Positions 46,583 to 50,820 of a stretch of 50,820 nt of DNA are shown here, piece by piece (position 1 is the first letter of the stretch; each line of letters begins with the position of its first letter). Origin of the DNA: a virus (Duplodnaviria > Heunggongvirae > Uroviricota > Caudoviricetes); IMG/VR virus record IMGVR_UViG_3300029543_000174, positions 1 through 50,820 of that record; one strand, written 5' to 3'. A model generated the notes under the pieces. The model worked only from the letters and a program-made list of their open reading frames with translations, did no database searches and had not been told where the DNA came from. The position numbers were made by a program, and so were the translations under genes.

Positions 46583-47131
46583 ATGAGAGTACATTTATAT
46601 AGAGGCAAGCCGGTAAGTAAAACAGATCATACACTTTATGAAAAACTCTGTAAAGATGCAGATGCTTTTAATAACGGATTTGTCTATGGCTCTTTAATTG
46701 TAAAACATGATAAATACTTTATCTGCGTAGGTGTTGCAGGTGTTTTATTAAACAGTTTAGTAAACAATGCAACGGCAACTCTGATTGAAGTAATACCTGA
46801 AACAGTCGGCGAATATACAAATTTGATTGATTGTCACGATAAAATGATTTTTGAAGGCGATATAATTCGATACGCTGACAATGACGAATATGAAAGTTAT
46901 CTTGAAAGTCTTGAATGCCCTGAAGAATATGAGGGTGTCAATTTTAGCAAAATGTGGACGGTTGATGAGGTTGTTTACGGTGACAAGATTGGTTATCCTG
47001 CGTTTGATTTGAACACTCACGATTTCGATTGTAACGGACTCGCAGAGTTAAACGAAAGTGGTGGTCAATGGTTCTATGAAATTATCGGCAACATACACGA
47101 TAATCCCGAATTGTTAGAGGCAACGAAATAA
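46583..47131 (+). CDS. YopX family phage protein
   Basis: YRGK...VYGSL...PETVGEYT.L.D...IFEGDII...EIIGNIHDNPELL. Confidence 0.9.
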   Translation: MRVHLYRGKPVSKTDHTLYEKLCKDADAFNNGFVYGSLIVKHDKYFICVGVAGVLLNSLVNNATATLIEVIPETVGEYTNLIDCHDKMIFEGDIIRYADNDEYESYLESLECPEEYEGVNFSKMWTVDEVVYGDKIGYPAFDLNTHDFDCNGLAELNESGGQWFYEIIGNIHDNPELLEATK

Positions 47132-47209
47132 CAAATTTAAAAAAATAAAATCAAAAAAATAATTCAATCCCTGCTGCCAAAAGTCAAACAGCAGGGTAGG
47201 AGGTATATT

Positions 47210-48256
47210 ATGACTAACAAAAATTATATGGTTACATACACAAAAGAAGGTAATGAAAATTTCAGTTGTGTATTGGTTGAAGCAATCAATGAAGAACTTG
47301 CTGAAAAAAACTTCAAGGTGTTTAAGCCTGATTGTGAATTTATCGGCATCAGAGAAGAAAGTAATCCTGAAACATACATCAAAAGAGGTATGTCAGTTCT
47401 CAACAATGAATTATTTAATTCAATTGTTGCAAAAATGGATCACATTACTCTTGATGATGAAGTTAATAGTGATTCTTTTGTTATGATTGCCAAAGTAAAA
47501 AATCAAAGAGAACTTGGTGCTCTAAAACTTGATTGTAGTGTTGAAGATGCTACTATATTACAAGAACCACTTCCTAATTTCCCATTCTTTGTTACACTGG
47601 ATTGGGATGGTTTGGAATATACAGTCAGAGCTGTTGAAACTATTGATAGCATAAATGATCCAAATTCTGATGTTGCTTACATTTACAGAAGTTCAAAAAA
47701 CAGAGTAAAGGATATTCAAAAGCTTGTTTTTGGTGATAAATATTTTGATTTCCAAGATAAACTTATTCAGCTTATTGATGCGTTTTCGGATGAACCAAAA
47801 GCACAAGAACAAATCATTAATCGTTTAGCATATGAACTTCATTATGGCAATGTCAAAGGAGTTTTAAACAAACACAGTCACATCAGATTTACTAAGGAAG
47901 ATGTATTAGAAGATAAAGTTCTTATTAATGTATATAAGAAATTTTATCCTCAAAATGAATATTCATACTGTGTTAGGTCTTGGAGAGATAAGTATGACCG
48001 AAATAACGGTAAATCTACTACCACAGCAGGTTATAATAACCTTGATAAAGCACTTGAAGATGCATTTGATATATTCAAAGATAATGAATCAGTCGAGGTT
48101 ATTGCAATTGACAGTGATTATGATGAGTATTCAATTCTTTATCTTGGCCCGGATGATGTTGCATCTAATGATTACGGCTTTGGCGGTATGATTGTTGCTG
48201 AATTTCAAGATATTGAAACAATGAAAAGAGAAGGCTATTTGCCGGAAGATTATTAA
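47210..48256 (+). CDS. hypothetical multi-domain acidic protein
   Basis: SD AGGAGGT directly after the hairpin CCCTGCTG/CAGCAGGG (47169-47197). Confidence 0.8.
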   Translation: MTNKNYMVTYTKEGNENFSCVLVEAINEELAEKNFKVFKPDCEFIGIREESNPETYIKRGMSVLNNELFNSIVAKMDHITLDDEVNSDSFVMIAKVKNQRELGALKLDCSVEDATILQEPLPNFPFFVTLDWDGLEYTVRAVETIDSINDPNSDVAYIYRSSKNRVKDIQKLVFGDKYFDFQDKLIQLIDAFSDEPKAQEQIINRLAYELHYGNVKGVLNKHSHIRFTKEDVLEDKVLINVYKKFYPQNEYSYCVRSWRDKYDRNNGKSTTTAGYNNLDKALEDAFDIFKDNESVEVIAIDSDYDEYSILYLGPDDVASNDYGFGGMIVAEFQDIETMKREGYLPEDY

Positions 48257-48269
48257 TCGGAGGTTTATT

Positions 48270-48806
48270 ATGGCTAATACAACTGTTAAACATAAAGAAC
48301 ATACTCTTTGGAGTAATTATCCTTCTGATTTGAACTTTGATGATTGGAAAGATGATTTAAAGGCTTCTTATCCTGAATTAGATGAATCAGAACTTGAAAG
48401 AAAAATGTATGAAATTAATGATTCATATCTTGATGATGAGTGTATTAATCTTAATGATATTGTTTTTGATTTGCCAATTATCATAATTGGTAAAATTGGC
48501 AGATGGAACGGTACAGTAACAGGATACAAAACTATTGAATCCGGTAAGGTCGTTGATTGTTTTTATACCGATTGTGATTATGCAAAATGGTATGTAGATG
48601 AAAACAATGATTTACGATGCGACTGTTCACATCATGACGGAAGCAACCATTATCTTTACAGAACCTTCAAGACAAGTCTTTATGAAGATGAAATTGAAGA
48701 ATTTAAAGATAAAATTTTAGATAACACCTTCACACAAGAGGATATTGATAAATATACCGACAGTGTTGGAGTTGCTATTCGTGAAGTTTACGGTTGGGAA
48801 GATTAA
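48270..48806 (+). CDS. hypothetical acidic protein
   Basis: SD GGAGG; D/E-rich; HHDG..HY motif. Confidence 0.8.
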   Translation: MANTTVKHKEHTLWSNYPSDLNFDDWKDDLKASYPELDESELERKMYEINDSYLDDECINLNDIVFDLPIIIIGKIGRWNGTVTGYKTIESGKVVDCFYTDCDYAKWYVDENNDLRCDCSHHDGSNHYLYRTFKTSLYEDEIEEFKDKILDNTFTQEDIDKYTDSVGVAIREVYGWED

Positions 48807-48816
48807 GAGGTGTTTT

Positions 48817-49170
48817 ATGTTAGAACAAACATATAAGATAAGACATAACGAAGATGGAACAATAGTATCACAAGATGTAAGAGATATTGTTGATTTAGCT
48901 TTGGAAAATTTGATACTTCAAGGCACTAAAAACGATTATATTTTTGTGTATCGTGAAGCATCTGAAACTAATCCTGAACAGTATCCTGAAGGTTGGTACA
49001 AAGATGATTACGAGATGGTTATTCAAGAAATTATGCATTCAGACGAAGGTTTTAACTGTATTCTTAATGCATTATCTGAAAATGACATCTTATTTGTACC
49101 GACTCTCACAACATCAGTTTTAGATTTTATGAGAGAGTTTCAAAAAGAACTTAATAAGGAGAATAATTGA
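48817..49170 (+). CDS. hypothetical acidic protein
   Basis: ATG 48817 behind GAGGTG. Confidence 0.75.
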   Translation: MLEQTYKIRHNEDGTIVSQDVRDIVDLALENLILQGTKNDYIFVYREASETNPEQYPEGWYKDDYEMVIQEIMHSDEGFNCILNALSENDILFVPTLTTSVLDFMREFQKELNKENN

Positions 49171-49484
49171 TGTCTGATTTTATTGATAGAAAAAAGCTAC
49201 TAAAAAAGAAACAATATTCATTTCAAACTGAGTATGGAGCATTTCCAAGGCATGATTATTTTATCAAACTTTCTGATATAAAAAGTATGCCGACTGTTGA
49301 TACAGAAAAACATGCACATTGGATAGTATTATATAGTGATGTCGGATATGTAACAGCTAAATGTTCTAATTGTTTTGATTCAAAACGTGAAAATATTATT
49401 TGTGTTGACAATGAAAGTGATTTTTATCCGTATTGTCCTTTTTGTGGCTATAAAATGGATAAAAATAAGATTAAGGAGAAATAA
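49170..49484 (+). CDS. phage-type zinc-ribbon protein
   Basis: MPTVD...HAHW...KCSNC...YCPFCGYKMD. Confidence 0.8.
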   Translation: MSDFIDRKKLLKKKQYSFQTEYGAFPRHDYFIKLSDIKSMPTVDTEKHAHWIVLYSDVGYVTAKCSNCFDSKRENIICVDNESDFYPYCPFCGYKMDKNKIKEK

Positions 49485-49487
49485 GTT

Positions 49488-50162
49488 ATGGCTGAATATT
49501 TTGAGAGAGTAACTCCTATTACAACTGTAGTAGAGTTCTACAACAAAAGTGTTAAGAACAACAAAGCTTCACTTTTGAAAATCTATCCGGATGCGTTTCG
49601 TATAAACAGGTTCAGATTTTCATTTGCAAATTGTGATGCAAGTATGAAACGAGTACCTAACGGCTCAATTGATTTTTATCTTGAAGTTGAAAAGGCTCTT
49701 GTGCTTGCAGAAGACATTCTTTCAAGACAATTGAAGAATGATGTTGCAAATGAAGTTGTTGAGCGTAGGAAACGTTCTGAAAAGGATGGTAAAGAATATA
49801 AATATGCAATGCCCGTGCGTTCATATCCGGGAGGTCTTAATGCCCGAAAAGCAAAAGAGAAAAAAATTCGTACCGATGGTATGGCACAGGCAAGGGTTTT
49901 AAAAATTGCCGGTGCTTCAAGCGATAAACTTGATATTATCATTTCTTGTGAATGCGGTCCGGGCAGAGAAACCAAAGAAGGATTGATTGTTCCTACATAT
50001 GAGTATAAACCTGATACAATTGTAAGGGTTGGCATGACTTGGGAACAAGCAAAACAGCTTGCTGTAATGCTGAAAAGCCATTACGATGCATATTTAAGTT
50101 CTTGCTACACGTATGATGAGTTTGCTTATCAAAAGTTTCTTAGAGAACGAAATAAAGGTTAA
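49488..50162 (+). CDS. hypothetical protein
   Basis: SD AAGGAG; followed by a terminator at 50172-50203. Confidence 0.8.
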   Translation: MAEYFERVTPITTVVEFYNKSVKNNKASLLKIYPDAFRINRFRFSFANCDASMKRVPNGSIDFYLEVEKALVLAEDILSRQLKNDVANEVVERRKRSEKDGKEYKYAMPVRSYPGGLNARKAKEKKIRTDGMAQARVLKIAGASSDKLDIIISCECGPGRETKEGLIVPTYEYKPDTIVRVGMTWEQAKQLAVMLKSHYDAYLSSCYTYDEFAYQKFLRERNKG

Positions 50163-50224
50163 TTCTTACGAAAGAACATCACTTCGGTGGTGTTCTTTTT
50201 TTGTTATTTGCAACAGGAAATCTA

Positions 50225-50530
50225 TTGACATTAGTTGATGTTTGCGTTATTATAATGATAGTAATTATTTATGTTTTAATTTTATATTTTGTAATATTCA
50301 GTAGTATATTCTTTAGGAAAATACTGCTGTTTTTTTTATATAAATTTTATACAGCACACCGATAAATTTATTAACCACGAGTTAAGAGTTTATCGGTGTT
50401 TTTTTATTTTCAGCAGAAGTATATTTTTACTTCTGTTTTTTTATATATTTTTTCCATTTTAATGAATACTTGCAAATTACTTTATGCTCATCAGGTATTC
50501 AGTCGTAGGGCAACGACAGGAGGTAGTATT
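50225..50530 (+). promoter_or_regulatory. establishment-type leader L3
   Basis: TTGACA 50225-17-TATTAT 50248; three terminators (50299-50337, 50356-50405, 50414-50442); GAATAC/GTATTC hairpin containing TTATGCTCA; GTCGT-AGGGCA-ACGAC 50502-50517 followed by AGGAGG. Confidence 0.8.
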
Positions 50531-50820
50531 ATGGGAAAAACAAAATTAAATCCGACAAGGCAACTGTTAATCGACAAGTACATTGAGGCACTTGAAAGTA
50601 ACAGGATACCGTTTGAGTACGGTTGGTATGTGGAGGGAATGCCTGAAAACGGTATTACTCACAGAAAGTACAATGGTATTAATGCTATTTTGCTTTCTTT
50701 TATTATGCAATCAGAAAATTTGGAAGGAAACCGTTGGTGTACTTTTAATCAGATTGCAGATAGAGATGGAAAGTACCATCCAAACGAAAAATGGCATCTT
50801 GTTAAGGGCAGTAAATCAGT
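50531..50820 (+). CDS. ardC: ArdC-like antirestriction / ssDNA-binding protein (N-terminal part, runs off the window)
   Basis: translated by hand: IPFEYGW...PENGITHRKYNGINAILL...RWCTFNQ...LVKGSK. Confidence 0.85.
   Translation, partial: MGKTKLNPTRQLLIDKYIEALESNRIPFEYGWYVEGMPENGITHRKYNGINAILLSFIMQSENLEGNRWCTFNQIADRDGKYHPNEKWHLVKGSKS

Noticed and set aside
1..50820. Prophage interpretation
   Set aside because: Phage-like accessory genes occur, but no capsid, terminase, tail or lysis genes are in the window, while virD4, the adhesin and ardC indicate conjugation; a phage-plasmid cannot be excluded from this window alone.

Overview
AT-rich (roughly 28% GC, estimated by eye) segment of a large conjugative mobile element (plasmid or ICE-like) from a Bacillota/Clostridia host. 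I saw no rRNA, tRNA, CRISPR array or housekeeping operon. Recognisable modules: ssb; a MoxR/CobS-like AAA+ ATPase with a zincin/VWA partner; surface proteins (Ig/FN3, BspA-type LRR lipoprotein, FN3-transglutaminase, 1954-aa SpaA-like adhesin); a conjugation block (DUF5697-like, RusA/DUF6100-like, wHTH protein, VirD4 coupling protein, S1-domain protein); a LAGLIDADG gene followed by rtcB; long HPF; recD2; a long array of small acidic/phage-like genes (including YopX); and the start of ardC. The most unusual content is non-coding. (1) At 35.3-38.2 kb there is a cluster of five predicted small RNAs. Four display anti-Shine-Dalgarno sequence in hairpins, and four of their promoters plus one mRNA promoter share a 16-bp operator; a small RHH-like gene sits inside the cluster. 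(2) At 12.8-12.95 kb there is an orphan array of three covarying ToxI-like pseudoknots with no toxN, inside a minus-strand island that also holds an ncRNA-DUF3800 unit and an orphan MNT. (3) Three homologous multi-terminator leaders precede the establishment genes ssb, recD2 and ardC. (4) A promoter-fed orphan TnpB omega-RNA-like scaffold is present. (5) A 38-bp repeat delimits single-gene cassettes. All family assignments come from motif recognition by eye, not database searches.
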